Positions 38,313 to 46,447 of a stretch of 64,000 nt of DNA are shown here, one piece after another. The notes beneath the pieces were generated by a model. It saw only the letters and a list, made by a program, of their open reading frames with translations. It was not told the origin of the DNA and did not search any database. Positions within the stretch are counted from its first letter, which is position 1, and the number at the start of each line of letters is the position of its first letter. The translations under genes were made by a program, and so were the position numbers. Where the stretch lies: positions 160,001-224,000 of the forward strand of contig JBFMHR010000004.1 in the NCBI GenBank assembly GCA_040751795.1, read 5' to 3'. The DNA is from Thermoplasmatota archaeon (GTDB lineage: Archaea > Thermoplasmatota > Thermoplasmata > UBA10834).

Positions 38313-38627
38313 TCACGCGCCCCCCGGCCCGGTCTCCCCGCACCTGCACTTCGGCTCGCGGTCCAGGAGCCCCTTCATCCTCCGGTCCCTGACCTCGGCG
38401 AAGGCGGCCCATACGCCGTCCTCGTACTCCTTCTCCGACCCGCGGGGGACGTAGTTGCGGCCCTTGAGCTCGGCCATCATCGCCTCCCTTATGGCCGCCT
38501 CGGGGGCGAACCCCAGCATGAAGCCTGTCTCAAGGATGTCGTCGAGGCCGGCGATCCCGACCTCCCTCCCGCCGACGGATATCCGCTTCGTGACCGTCCT
38601 GCCCGGGCAGCATGGTTCGGTTACCAT
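38313..38627 (-). CDS. Conserved-looking hypothetical protein with N-terminal Cys-Cys
   Basis: EPCCP...VGG.EVGI.GLD.I...NYVP...E..Y pattern; coupled to the ferredoxin with a 1-nt gap. Confidence 0.7.
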   Translation of the reverse strand: MVTEPCCPGRTVTKRISVGGREVGIAGLDDILETGFMLGFAPEAAIREAMMAELKGRNYVPRGSEKEYEDGVWAAFAEVRDRRMKGLLDREPKCRCGETGPGGA

Positions 38628-38716
38628 CTTATCGACCTGTCAGCGGCGTATGAGCGCGGCCGTTCTAAAATAGTTGCCACCGCATCGCGGCGGCAGTCAG
38701 GACAAGTAGGGATTGG

Positions 38717-38765
38717 TCCCGGGGTTGATAGGTAGGCGGGAGCATCCGATCCTACCTATCCGGGA
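38717..38765. repeat. Inverted repeat / stem-loop
   Basis: GATAGGTAGG (38727-38736) pairs with CCTACCTATC (38751-38760) as a perfect 10 bp; extended by TCCCG/CGGGA. Confidence 0.8.
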
Positions 38766-38770
38766 TGGCG

Positions 38771-38857
38771 TTAATAGTCAGCGGCGGCCTCGATCTCGGT
38801 CTCGCACCCGAGCAGGTCGTAGACCTCCTCCCAGCTGTAGTGGTCCGCGTCAACCAT
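38771..38857 (-). CDS. Unannotated 28-aa acidic small protein MVDADHYSWEEVYDLLGCETEIEAAADY
   Basis: AAGGTGA RBS 5 nt before ATG, TATA-like CTTATTAA at 38897-38904, mostly G/C-ending codons, TAA stop followed by a stem-loop. Confidence 0.65.
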   Translation of the reverse strand: MVDADHYSWEEVYDLLGCETEIEAAADY

Positions 38858-38952
38858 TCTCTTCACCTTCGCAGGAACCTCTACGGGAAACCGGGGTTAA
38901 TAAGCTCATATCCAGAGGTCGGCGAAAGTAGTCTGGCCGTGCGAAAATGCGC

Positions 38953-40662
38953 TCACGCGGCGTGCCTTATGTGGACCGCCTCTCCCCTCTCCGCGAGGGC
39001 CATCTCAGCGGCGCACATCCTCGCGACGCCCACGGCCCTGACGTCCCCCTTGTGCACCACGGCGACGTCGTCCCCGATCCTCACCTCGGGGCTGGAGCCC
39101 TCGACGCCCACCGCGAACAGGTTCCCCTTGGGCCTGAAGTCCTCTATCTCGACGCAGTACGCGCCCGAGCGCGCGAGCGCCTGCCCGCCGTGCAGGGTGA
39201 GGGAGACCATCCCCCTGTCGGCGGTGAGCATCCCGAGCTGGGAGCCGTCCCTGGAGAGCTTGACGTATGGCCACCGTCCGTGCACGCGCGCCCCCTCGCA
39301 CAGGTCGTCCCCGGCGCGCCCGAACTGGAACCTGCAGACCGACCTGATGTCCTGGAAGGCCCTCTCTCCCCTGCCCTGGTCCCTCGGCTCGGGGCACCGC
39401 TCCCTGAGCGTCTCCTCGAGTCGGTCCAGGCTCTTCCGCGAGCCGGGCTCGCCCATGGACGAATCGACATGGTCCCCGAGGGCGGGGGCGACCGCGTCCC
39501 TCTCGTCGCCGAGGTGCGATATGACCAGGTCGTAGCGCTGCGTCCCCACGAGCCACGAGACCATGTCCCGGACGAGCCGCTGCTCGTCCATGTCCCAGTG
39601 GCCCGTGACGGGGATGTCGTAGTCCTGCGCGGGGTAGAACATCTCCAGCTCCCTGGGCACGATCCCGAGGGGCGACGTGACGACGACCTCGTGGACCGTC
39701 TGCGCCCTCCCGCTGGATAAGAGTGCGTCCCTGAACCTCATGTGCGACTGCGACAGCGAATATGGCTTCTTGGCCGAGCACGGGATCAGGAGGAGGACGG
39801 AGGCGCCCTCGGGGCGCCTGTACCTCTCCCTCAGCCTGTCCTGCCACCTGAGTATCTCGGGCCTCGACAGCGACTCCTTGGAGCCAGCGTGGAACGGCGC
39901 CCCCTTCACCGGGGCGTGCATCTCCTGCAGCGCGCGCGCGTCCATGTCCATGAGCCTCAGGTCCTGCACCAGCCACGGGTCGGACCTCACCCTCGACTCG
40001 ACGAGCTCCCTGAGCCGCCCCTGCGAGACCGCATGGGAGACGAGCCTCAGCTCCGCCTCGGCCGCCGCGATGTTGTGCCTCAGCAGCTCCTCCTTCCCCC
40101 TCGCCCCGGACCTGCACGCCTCGCAGTGGCAGGGGAGGTCCGTCAGCCTCGAGTAGTCCAGCGGCCCGGTCGCGGTCAGGTACATGCCGGACTCGGAGGC
40201 CATGACGAGCGGGACCGAGTCGAAGACGTCGATGCCGCAGTAGACGAGGAGCGCGAGCCTGTGCGGCATCCCCGCCAGCGAGCAGAACACCGGCCTCAGG
40301 AGGTCCGGCCCGGACTTCGCCCCCTTGACCGCGTCGACGAAACTGGGCGAGTCGAGGAGCCTCTTGGCCACGGCGTCGATGACGGCGAACCCGCCCTGCG
40401 GCCTCCCGGCCCCGTGGGGGGAGCCGCGGAACCCCGGGTCCAGGCCGCCTTCGACAGGTCCTGCGTCGCACGAGAACCCGGAGGGCAGGACCTTGAGGTC
40501 GCCCCTGCCCGCGGCATCCGCGTTCGACAGCCGGAGGCCCGTGACCGACGCGGGCGTCCGGTCCGCTACGAGGGCCACGGCAGGGGTCCTGTGCCTGACC
40601 CCGTCCACCTCGAGTATGCCGGTCCTCGCCAGCCCGTCGCGCTCGACGATCTCGAATCTCAC
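38953..40662 (-). CDS. arcS: Archaeosine synthase alpha subunit (ArcS/TgtA2)
   Basis: TGT-like N-terminus (RDGLARTG), PCSAKKPYSLSQSH, TSPLGIVPRELE, YDIPVTGHW, C-terminal PUA domain. Confidence 0.93.
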   Translation of the reverse strand: MRFEIVERDGLARTGILEVDGVRHRTPAVALVADRTPASVTGLRLSNADAAGRGDLKVLPSGFSCDAGPVEGGLDPGFRGSPHGAGRPQGGFAVIDAVAKRLLDSPSFVDAVKGAKSGPDLLRPVFCSLAGMPHRLALLVYCGIDVFDSVPLVMASESGMYLTATGPLDYSRLTDLPCHCEACRSGARGKEELLRHNIAAAEAELRLVSHAVSQGRLRELVESRVRSDPWLVQDLRLMDMDARALQEMHAPVKGAPFHAGSKESLSRPEILRWQDRLRERYRRPEGASVLLLIPCSAKKPYSLSQSHMRFRDALLSSGRAQTVHEVVVTSPLGIVPRELEMFYPAQDYDIPVTGHWDMDEQRLVRDMVSWLVGTQRYDLVISHLGDERDAVAPALGDHVDSSMGEPGSRKSLDRLEETLRERCPEPRDQGRGERAFQDIRSVCRFQFGRAGDDLCEGARVHGRWPYVKLSRDGSQLGMLTADRGMVSLTLHGGQALARSGAYCVEIEDFRPKGNLFAVGVEGSSPEVRIGDDVAVVHKGDVRAVGVARMCAAEMALAERGEAVHIRHAA

Positions 40663-40718
40663 GCCAGGGCATCGCCTGGAGGGTAATAAAATGAATCGAA
40701 GGGAACGGGTTTGCGGAT

Positions 40719-41075
40719 TCAGAAGGTCGTGACGACGGAGTGCTCCTCGACCAGCGCCTTCACGCCCGAGGCGGGCATGACCCTGAGCCCCTCGAAGAGG
40801 GCGGACTCGGGGATGCCCCGCGCGTCGAGGTCCTCCCTGACCACGTACACGGGGACCTCGAAGTCGTACAGCTCCTTGGTCGCGTCCATGTTGGAGGGCA
40901 TCCTGACGGCCTCCGCCCTCTGTGCGGCGACGGCGTTGTAGACGCCGTCCTCCATGAGGACCACGGACGTCTTCATGCCGTTCACGGCCATCGCCAGCGC
41001 GAGCCTCAGCCCGGCGAAGGCCTCCTCGAGCCCGTACGGGGACCTCGTCACCAGGACCAGTGTGGATTCTGCCAT
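40719..41075 (-). CDS. DsrF/TusC-like protein
   Basis: RSPYG.E.AF.GLRLAL, MEDGVY, EDLDARG; no Cys. Confidence 0.85.
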   Translation of the reverse strand: MAESTLVLVTRSPYGLEEAFAGLRLALAMAVNGMKTSVVLMEDGVYNAVAAQRAEAVRMPSNMDATKELYDFEVPVYVVREDLDARGIPESALFEGLRVMPASGVKALVEEHSVVTTF

Positions 41076-41079
41076 GTGG

Positions 41080-41439
41080 TCACCTCGCGATGGTCACGAG
41101 CCTGTCGGACTCGGACACGAACTTGAACAGGTTGTTGGTCAGGCTGCCCACCTTCGCCGTGGGGATCTCCTCCCCGCGCTCGAAGCCCCTCGCGGCGTAG
41201 CAGGTCTCGCATATCGCCTGCTCGACGCCGTCCTTGCCCAGGGCCTCCAGCTCGTTCCCCACGTTGGGGAACCGCTTCGGGTTCTGCCCCTTCTTGACCG
41301 CGGTGACGCCCTCTCCGTAGCCGAACATGCGGACATCGTAGCCCTTGGCCCTGGCGGCCGCCGCGAGCTTGGACGCCACGTTGGCGTCCATGGCCATCAT
41401 CGACCCGGACCTCCAGAGTATGGTAAGCTTCTTCGCCAT
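41080..41439 (-). CDS. DsrE/TusD-like sulfurtransferase
   Basis: F.YGEGV and ICETCYAARG, which contains the DsrE catalytic-Cys region. Confidence 0.85.
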   Translation of the reverse strand: MAKKLTILWRSGSMMAMDANVASKLAAAARAKGYDVRMFGYGEGVTAVKKGQNPKRFPNVGNELEALGKDGVEQAICETCYAARGFERGEEIPTAKVGSLTNNLFKFVSESDRLVTIAR

Positions 41440-41448
41440 GCGCCCACC

Positions 41449-41748
41449 TCAGACCGTGACGGTCCTCTCCGTCCTCTCCATGATGCAGTCGACTATCTCG
41501 CCGTATGCCACGGCCCTGCCGACCCTGAGGTCCTTCTGGGAGAAGCCCCTCGCCTCGAGGTCGTCGGCCGCGACAAGGACCTCGTGCGCCGCCTTCCCGA
41601 GCCGCTCGGCCGGCCCGGCCTGCAGTGCGTTGTACACGGCATCCTCGAAGAGGACCGCGCTCGCCTCGTCCCTCCCTGCCACCCGGTGCATCATGTGCGT
41701 CGGGTCGAGCTCCTGGGGGGACCTGATCACTATGAATGCGGTCTTCAT
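41449..41748 (-). CDS. DsrH/TusB-like protein
   Basis: RSP, LFEDAVY, DDLEARG, YGEIVD. Confidence 0.85.
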   Translation of the reverse strand: MKTAFIVIRSPQELDPTHMMHRVAGRDEASAVLFEDAVYNALQAGPAERLGKAAHEVLVAADDLEARGFSQKDLRVGRAVAYGEIVDCIMERTERTVTV

Positions 41749-41758
41749 GGTACCAACT

Positions 41759-42163
41759 TCAGCCGATGAAGAGCGTGACCTTCGAGTCCGCCGCGAGGTC
41801 GAGGAACTTCGACGCGCCGATGACCTTGGCCCCTTCGACGAGGTCCTCCTGCTTGACGCCCATGAGGCTCATCGAGGTGCTGCACGCATAGAAGTTTACG
41901 CCCAGCTCCTTGGCCTGCCTCATCATCTCGTCGTAGCCGGGCACCTTCAGCTTCATCATCTTCTTGATCATCATCCCGGTCCCGATCCTCCACAGCCCAG
42001 GCAACTTCGGTCTCACGCCCTTCTTGAGCAGCTTCAGGCCGAAGAAGGTGTAGAAGACGTGCACCTCCATACCCATGCTCGCGGCCGTGTTGCCCATTAT
42101 CAGTGGCATCATGGCCTTGTCGAAGCTGCCCTCGCTAACCACCATACAGAACTTGTCTGCCAT
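41759..42163 (-). CDS. DsrE2-type (DsrE/DsrF/DrsH-like) protein
   Basis: EVHVFYTFFGL and YACSTSMSLMG motifs. Confidence 0.85.
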   Translation of the reverse strand: MADKFCMVVSEGSFDKAMMPLIMGNTAASMGMEVHVFYTFFGLKLLKKGVRPKLPGLWRIGTGMMIKKMMKLKVPGYDEMMRQAKELGVNFYACSTSMSLMGVKQEDLVEGAKVIGASKFLDLAADSKVTLFIG

Positions 42164-42176
42164 TCCATCTCACCTC

Positions 42177-42410
42177 TCACTTCATCCTGATGTAGAACCT
42201 GAAGACCTTGCCTTCCTCTTCCTGCCCCACCAGCTGGTGCCCCGTCCTGTTGCACCATGCGGGCACGTCGTCCTTGGCCCCCACGTCGTCGGCTATCAGC
42301 TCCAGCACCTGCCCCGACTTCAGCTCCTTGACCTTCTTGGCCAGCTGGACTATCGGCATCGGGCACATGAGGCCCTTCGCGTCTAGCGTCGCGTCCTTCT
42401 CCAAAGCCAA
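42177..42410 (-). CDS. tusA: TusA-family sulfurtransferase
   Basis: LDAKGLMCPMPIV, ADD, DVPAWC...G. TTG start after GGAG (42410 or 42404). Confidence 0.92.
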   Translation of the reverse strand: MALEKDATLDAKGLMCPMPIVQLAKKVKELKSGQVLELIADDVGAKDDVPAWCNRTGHQLVGQEEEGKVFRFYIRMK

Positions 42411-42424
42411 CCACTCCTGCGGTA

Positions 42425-42548
42425 TTGTCACTACCGTGCAAACCCGATTACGCTGTTGATTAATAAACATTTTCACGTTCGCCCCCGGGAGGGCCTGGCC
42501 GACGCGGTCGGCATAACGGTTAAGTATAAAAATGGCAATACCGTGCAA
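42425..42548. promoter_or_regulatory. Divergent promoter region with two TATA boxes and two TACCGTGCAA boxes
   Basis: Minus-strand TTTATTAA 42460-42467; plus-strand TTAAGTATAAA 42520-42530; identical TACCGTGCAA at 42432-42441 and 42539-42548. Confidence 0.7.
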
Positions 42549-42549
42549 C

Positions 42550-42909
42550 ATGGTCGAGCCACAGAAGATACTGTCCGGCCAGGCCACCTGCAGGGACATA
42601 GTCAAGTGCGTCTACGGCCTGTCGGATTTCGAACTGCTGATCTACAAGAGGCTTGCGAAGCAAGGCCCGCTGAAGGCGGACGACCTCGCGCCCTCGCTCA
42701 AGAAGGACCGCAGCACGGTCTACCGGGCCCTCCAGCGGCTCGTGACCTCGGGCCTCGCCTTCAGGGAGACGAAGACCATCGAGAGGGGCGGGTACTACCA
42801 CGTCTACACAGCCGTGCCGCCGGCCCAGCTCAAGGAGCGCCTCAGGAAGTGCGCCGACGACTGGTTCGAGAACATGCGCGGCGCCATCGACGACTTCGAC
42901 CTGGTCTAG
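42550..42909 (+). CDS. TrmB-family HTH regulator, OxsR-like
   Basis: N-terminal C.DIVKCVYGL, HTH KDRSTVYRALQRL, GGYYHVY, C-terminal W...M...ID.F. ATG 42550 fits the TATA spacing. Confidence 0.85.
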   Translation: MVEPQKILSGQATCRDIVKCVYGLSDFELLIYKRLAKQGPLKADDLAPSLKKDRSTVYRALQRLVTSGLAFRETKTIERGGYYHVYTAVPPAQLKERLRKCADDWFENMRGAIDDFDLV

Positions 42910-42951
42910 GCCCCCTCAAACCTTATATCCCGACAGCCGATTTGGTGGACG

Positions 42952-43887
42952 ATGTCAGAAGGCTTCAGGGGGATGGACATCGTCTCCATCCGGGACTTTT
43001 CGCGGGAGAGGATCGAGCGCGTCCTCGACGTCGCCGAGGGGATGCTCCCGGTCGCAAAGGGGGAGGAGAAGAGCAAGCTCCTGGACGGGAAGGTGCTCGG
43101 CTCGCTGTTCTACGAGCCGTCCACGAGGACGAGGCTGTCCTTCGAGGCGGCGATGACCCGCCTGGGCGGGAGGACCCTCGGGTTCGACGAGCCCAAGGGG
43201 TCGTCCGTGGCCAAGGGGGAGACCCTCGCCGACACGATAAGGATGGTCGACTCCTACTGCGACGTCATCGTCCTGAGGCACCCGCAGGAGGGCGCCGCCA
43301 GGCTCGCCGGGCACTTCGCGGAGAAGCCCGTCCTCAACGCGGGCGACGGGGCGGGGCAGCACCCGACTCAGACCATGCTCGACCTCTTCACCATCAAAAA
43401 GTCCAAGGGGAGGATAGACGGCAACAAGGTCGTCATCGTCGGCGACCTCAAGTACGGCAGGACCGTCCACTCGCTCTCCGAGGCCCTCGCCATGTTCGGG
43501 GCGGAGCTCACCTTCGTCGCCCCGCCCACGCTCCAGATGCCGAAGGAGCACCTGAAGCACATACAGTCCCTGGGCAGCAAGCCCAAGAGCGGGAGCGACC
43601 TGGCGGAGGCGGTCAAGGACGCGGACGTGCTCTACGTGACGCGCATCCAGAAGGAGCGGTTCCCCGACCCGGCGGAGTACCAGAAGGTCGCGGGCGCCTA
43701 CACGATAGACAACGAGCTGCTCAAGGGGGCGAAGGAGGACCTCATAGTCATGCACCCGCTGCCGCGGGTGACGGAGATATCGCCGGAGGTGGACAGGACC
43801 CCGCACGCGAAGTACTTCGAGCAGGCGTTCAACGGGGTGCCGGTCAGGATGGCCCTCCTGGCCATGGTCCTGGGGGCGGTCGAATGA
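42952..43887 (+). CDS. pyrB: Aspartate carbamoyltransferase catalytic subunit
   Basis: FYEPSTRTRLSF, NAGDG..QHPTQ, GDLKYGRTVHS, MHPLPR. Confidence 0.98.
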   Translation: MSEGFRGMDIVSIRDFSRERIERVLDVAEGMLPVAKGEEKSKLLDGKVLGSLFYEPSTRTRLSFEAAMTRLGGRTLGFDEPKGSSVAKGETLADTIRMVDSYCDVIVLRHPQEGAARLAGHFAEKPVLNAGDGAGQHPTQTMLDLFTIKKSKGRIDGNKVVIVGDLKYGRTVHSLSEALAMFGAELTFVAPPTLQMPKEHLKHIQSLGSKPKSGSDLAEAVKDADVLYVTRIQKERFPDPAEYQKVAGAYTIDNELLKGAKEDLIVMHPLPRVTEISPEVDRTPHAKYFEQAFNGVPVRMALLAMVLGAVE

Positions 43888-44339
43888 AGGAGTTCAAGGT
43901 CACGCCCATACGCAACGGCACGGTCATAGACCACATCGAGGTCGGGACGGCCCTGAAGGTCCTGAGGATCATCGGGGTCAAGGAGGACGTCAGCTCCACC
44001 GTGAGCGTCCTGATGCACGTCCCGAGCAAGAAGGCCGGGTGGAAGGACATAGTCAAGATCGAGGACAGGGAGCTGGACCCGAAGGAGCTCGACAAGATCG
44101 CTCTGATATCGCCCGACGCCACGATCAACATCATCAGGGACTACAACGTGGCCGAGAAGTTCGTCGTCGAGGTCCCCTCGAGGATCGTCGGGATAATGAG
44201 GTGCTCCAACCCTGGCTGCATCACGAACAAGAACGAGCCGGTCGAGGCCGAGTTCGTCGTCGAGTCGAAGAAGCCCGTGACGCTCAGGTGCGTCTACTGC
44301 GACCGCACGACGACGGAGGTCTCGGAGAACATCCTCTAG
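43884..44339 (+). CDS. pyrI: Aspartate carbamoyltransferase regulatory subunit
   Basis: IRNGTVIDHI, KDIVKIE, CSNPGCIT, CVYC. ATGA overlap with pyrB. Confidence 0.97.
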   Translation: MKEFKVTPIRNGTVIDHIEVGTALKVLRIIGVKEDVSSTVSVLMHVPSKKAGWKDIVKIEDRELDPKELDKIALISPDATINIIRDYNVAEKFVVEVPSRIVGIMRCSNPGCITNKNEPVEAEFVVESKKPVTLRCVYCDRTTTEVSENIL

Positions 44340-44345
44340 ACCCCG

Positions 44346-44684
44346 GTGGCGGCCTTGAGGCTCGGACTCGAACCCCTGAAGTGCGTCGCGTGCGGACTCT
44401 GCGAGACGGTCTGCAGCCTCAACAGGGACTCCGTCCTGACGCCGATGAGCTCCAGCATCATCCTCCACGTCGAGGACAGGGCGGACTACTTCGGCCTGGT
44501 ACTCAAGACCGAGGGCGAGGGACTCGTCGTCGCGAGGCCAGAGGGAGGCGCCGCAGACCAGCAGGGCACCTCGACCGGCCCCGGGGCGAAGCCCATACTC
44601 CTCAGGGAGCCGTGCGACCTCTGCGGCGGGGACCCGAGGTGCGCGAAGGTGTGCCCCACGGGCTGCATCACGGTGGTGGTCTGA
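44346..44684 (+). CDS. 4Fe-4S ferredoxin-like protein (AOR-associated type)
   Basis: CVACGLCETVC and CDLC...CAKVCPTG. Confidence 0.8.
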   Translation: MAALRLGLEPLKCVACGLCETVCSLNRDSVLTPMSSSIILHVEDRADYFGLVLKTEGEGLVVARPEGGAADQQGTSTGPGAKPILLREPCDLCGGDPRCAKVCPTGCITVVV

Positions 44685-44685
44685 G

Positions 44686-45840
44686 GTGTACCTGCGCAAC
44701 GGCAGGGCCTGCGTCGTCGACCTCGCCGCCGGCGACGCTTCTGAGCAGGAGCTGGCGGAGGAGGCCCTCGCTGGCCCGTCATCCCTCGCCGTCGCCGAGT
44801 CGCTCCGCCGGGAGCACGGGGACGCCGTCGTGCTGGGCACGGGCGTGCTTACGGGCAGCCTCGTGCCCGCCGCCTGCGCGGGGTTCGTCTCGTCCTCGAA
44901 GGGCGTGATGCCGCTGCTCGGCCTCGCGGGCGTCGAGCTGAAGCTCACGGGCTTCGACTTCGTCGTCGTCAAGGGGGAGTGCCCCGTCCCGTCCTACCTC
45001 TGGGTCCGCGACGGGCTCGCGGAGGTCGTGCCGTACGAGGGCATGGCCCCCATGGACTCGTGGGCCAGGACCGAGAGGATACGGGCGGACCAGGGCGACA
45101 GGAGGATCCAGGTCATCGCGGCGGGGCTCTGGGGCGACTCGCAGGGGCCGGCCTCGTCCCTCGCCGTGAGCCACTGGCTGGGCGAGGACGACGTCCACAC
45201 GGCGGCCGAGTTCGGGAGGAGGCGGCTCGCGGCCGTCGCCTTCAGGGGGATGGGCGAGCTCGAGGTCTCCGACCCCGACGGGCACCTGTCCGCCTCGGTC
45301 GAGCTGCGGGCGGAGCACTCGTCCAGGCTCGGCCCGAGCTCCGGGCTCGCCTCATACTGGGAGGGGGCCCGCGCGTCGGGCTTCTCCAGCCTATTGCACA
45401 GGAACGTGGCATGCTTCGGCTGCCCGCACCCGTGCAGGTCGTACCTGAAGGTCAACGAGGAACCGGGGCACATGGCCCTGTCGGCGAAGGAGCCCGGGTA
45501 CATGCACTTCGACGTCCCCTCGCTCGAGAGGGCCGCCGCCGCGGGCATGGGGTTCGGGGACGCGACCCACGCCTTCATGGAGTGCGCAAAGGCCGGCGCG
45601 GACCCTGCGTCCGTCATCGGGCCGAGCGCCCGGGACCTCGGGTCGGTCAGGAGGCTGCTGGCATCGGGCGGGGACGAGCCGTTCGACAGGTCCTCCGCGA
45701 AGGGCTCGTTCAGGTCCCTCCCGGCCTTCGACGAGTGCGTCGGCCTGGGCCTCTGCCCGAGGTACTGGACCAAGGCGGGGCTCGACATGGACGCGGTCTC
45801 CGCGTGCGCCGAGCCCGCCCTCGGCCGCGGCCTCCGGTGA
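44686..45840 (+). CDS. Divergent, shortened aldehyde:ferredoxin oxidoreductase-like protein
   Basis: VDL, G.LTG, ELKLTGFD.VVVKG...PSYLW, and CFGCPHPC; only 384 aa. Confidence 0.7.
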   Translation: MYLRNGRACVVDLAAGDASEQELAEEALAGPSSLAVAESLRREHGDAVVLGTGVLTGSLVPAACAGFVSSSKGVMPLLGLAGVELKLTGFDFVVVKGECPVPSYLWVRDGLAEVVPYEGMAPMDSWARTERIRADQGDRRIQVIAAGLWGDSQGPASSLAVSHWLGEDDVHTAAEFGRRRLAAVAFRGMGELEVSDPDGHLSASVELRAEHSSRLGPSSGLASYWEGARASGFSSLLHRNVACFGCPHPCRSYLKVNEEPGHMALSAKEPGYMHFDVPSLERAAAAGMGFGDATHAFMECAKAGADPASVIGPSARDLGSVRRLLASGGDEPFDRSSAKGSFRSLPAFDECVGLGLCPRYWTKAGLDMDAVSACAEPALGRGLR

Positions 45841-45891
45841 GGGCCGGAAAGGTTTTTGACGGCCTGGCGCATCTACACCCAGGGTGTAGCG

Positions 45892-46434
45892 TTGAAGATA
45901 CTAGTCACGACCGGGATGCCTGGCTGCGGCAAGGAGGAGTTCCTGAAGTGCTGCATGGCGCGCGGGGCCAAGGTCATCCGGATGGGGGACCTCGTCAGGG
46001 AGAGGGCGAAGGAGTTCGGGATCGACCACTCCGACGCGAACCTGGGCGACCTCGCCAACGAGGAGAGGCAGAGGTTCGGGATGGACATCTGGGCGAAGAG
46101 GGTCATACCTCTCGTCGGCGGGGACCTCGTGGCCATAGACGGCACCAGGGGCCCGGACGAGATCAGGGCCTTCAGGCACGCGTTCGGCGCGGACCTCCAG
46201 GTCGTGGCGATACACACGTCCCCGAGGACCAGGTTCGAGCGGCTGAAGGCGCGGGGGAGGGCCGACTCCCCGGCCGCGCTGGCCGAGTTCGAGAGGCGCG
46301 ACAGGCGCGAGCTGGACTGGGGCCTCGGCGACGCGATTGCCCTCGCGGACCACATGGTCGTCAACGAGGGCACCCTGGAGGAGCTGAAGTCGCAGGTCGA
46401 CTCCCTCCTCGACAGGATCCTGCCCAAGGGGTGA
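45892..46434 (+). CDS. P-loop kinase, UPF0200/dephospho-CoA-kinase-like
   Basis: TGMPGCGK, MGDLVRE, IDGTR, RFERL..RGR.D, RD.REL.WG.G.AIA.AD. Confidence 0.85.
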   Translation: MKILVTTGMPGCGKEEFLKCCMARGAKVIRMGDLVRERAKEFGIDHSDANLGDLANEERQRFGMDIWAKRVIPLVGGDLVAIDGTRGPDEIRAFRHAFGADLQVVAIHTSPRTRFERLKARGRADSPAALAEFERRDRRELDWGLGDAIALADHMVVNEGTLEELKSQVDSLLDRILPKG

Positions 46435-46447
46435 GCCCCTGGACTTC

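Noticed and set aside
38717-38765. SECIS or pyrrolysine recoding element
   Set aside because: No in-frame UGA or UAG in the adjacent ORFs that would need recoding.
38953-40662. Queuine/archaeosine tRNA-guanine transglycosylase (TgtA)
   Set aside because: The catalytic DSGG motif is absent and the PCSxxKPY motif identifies ArcS.
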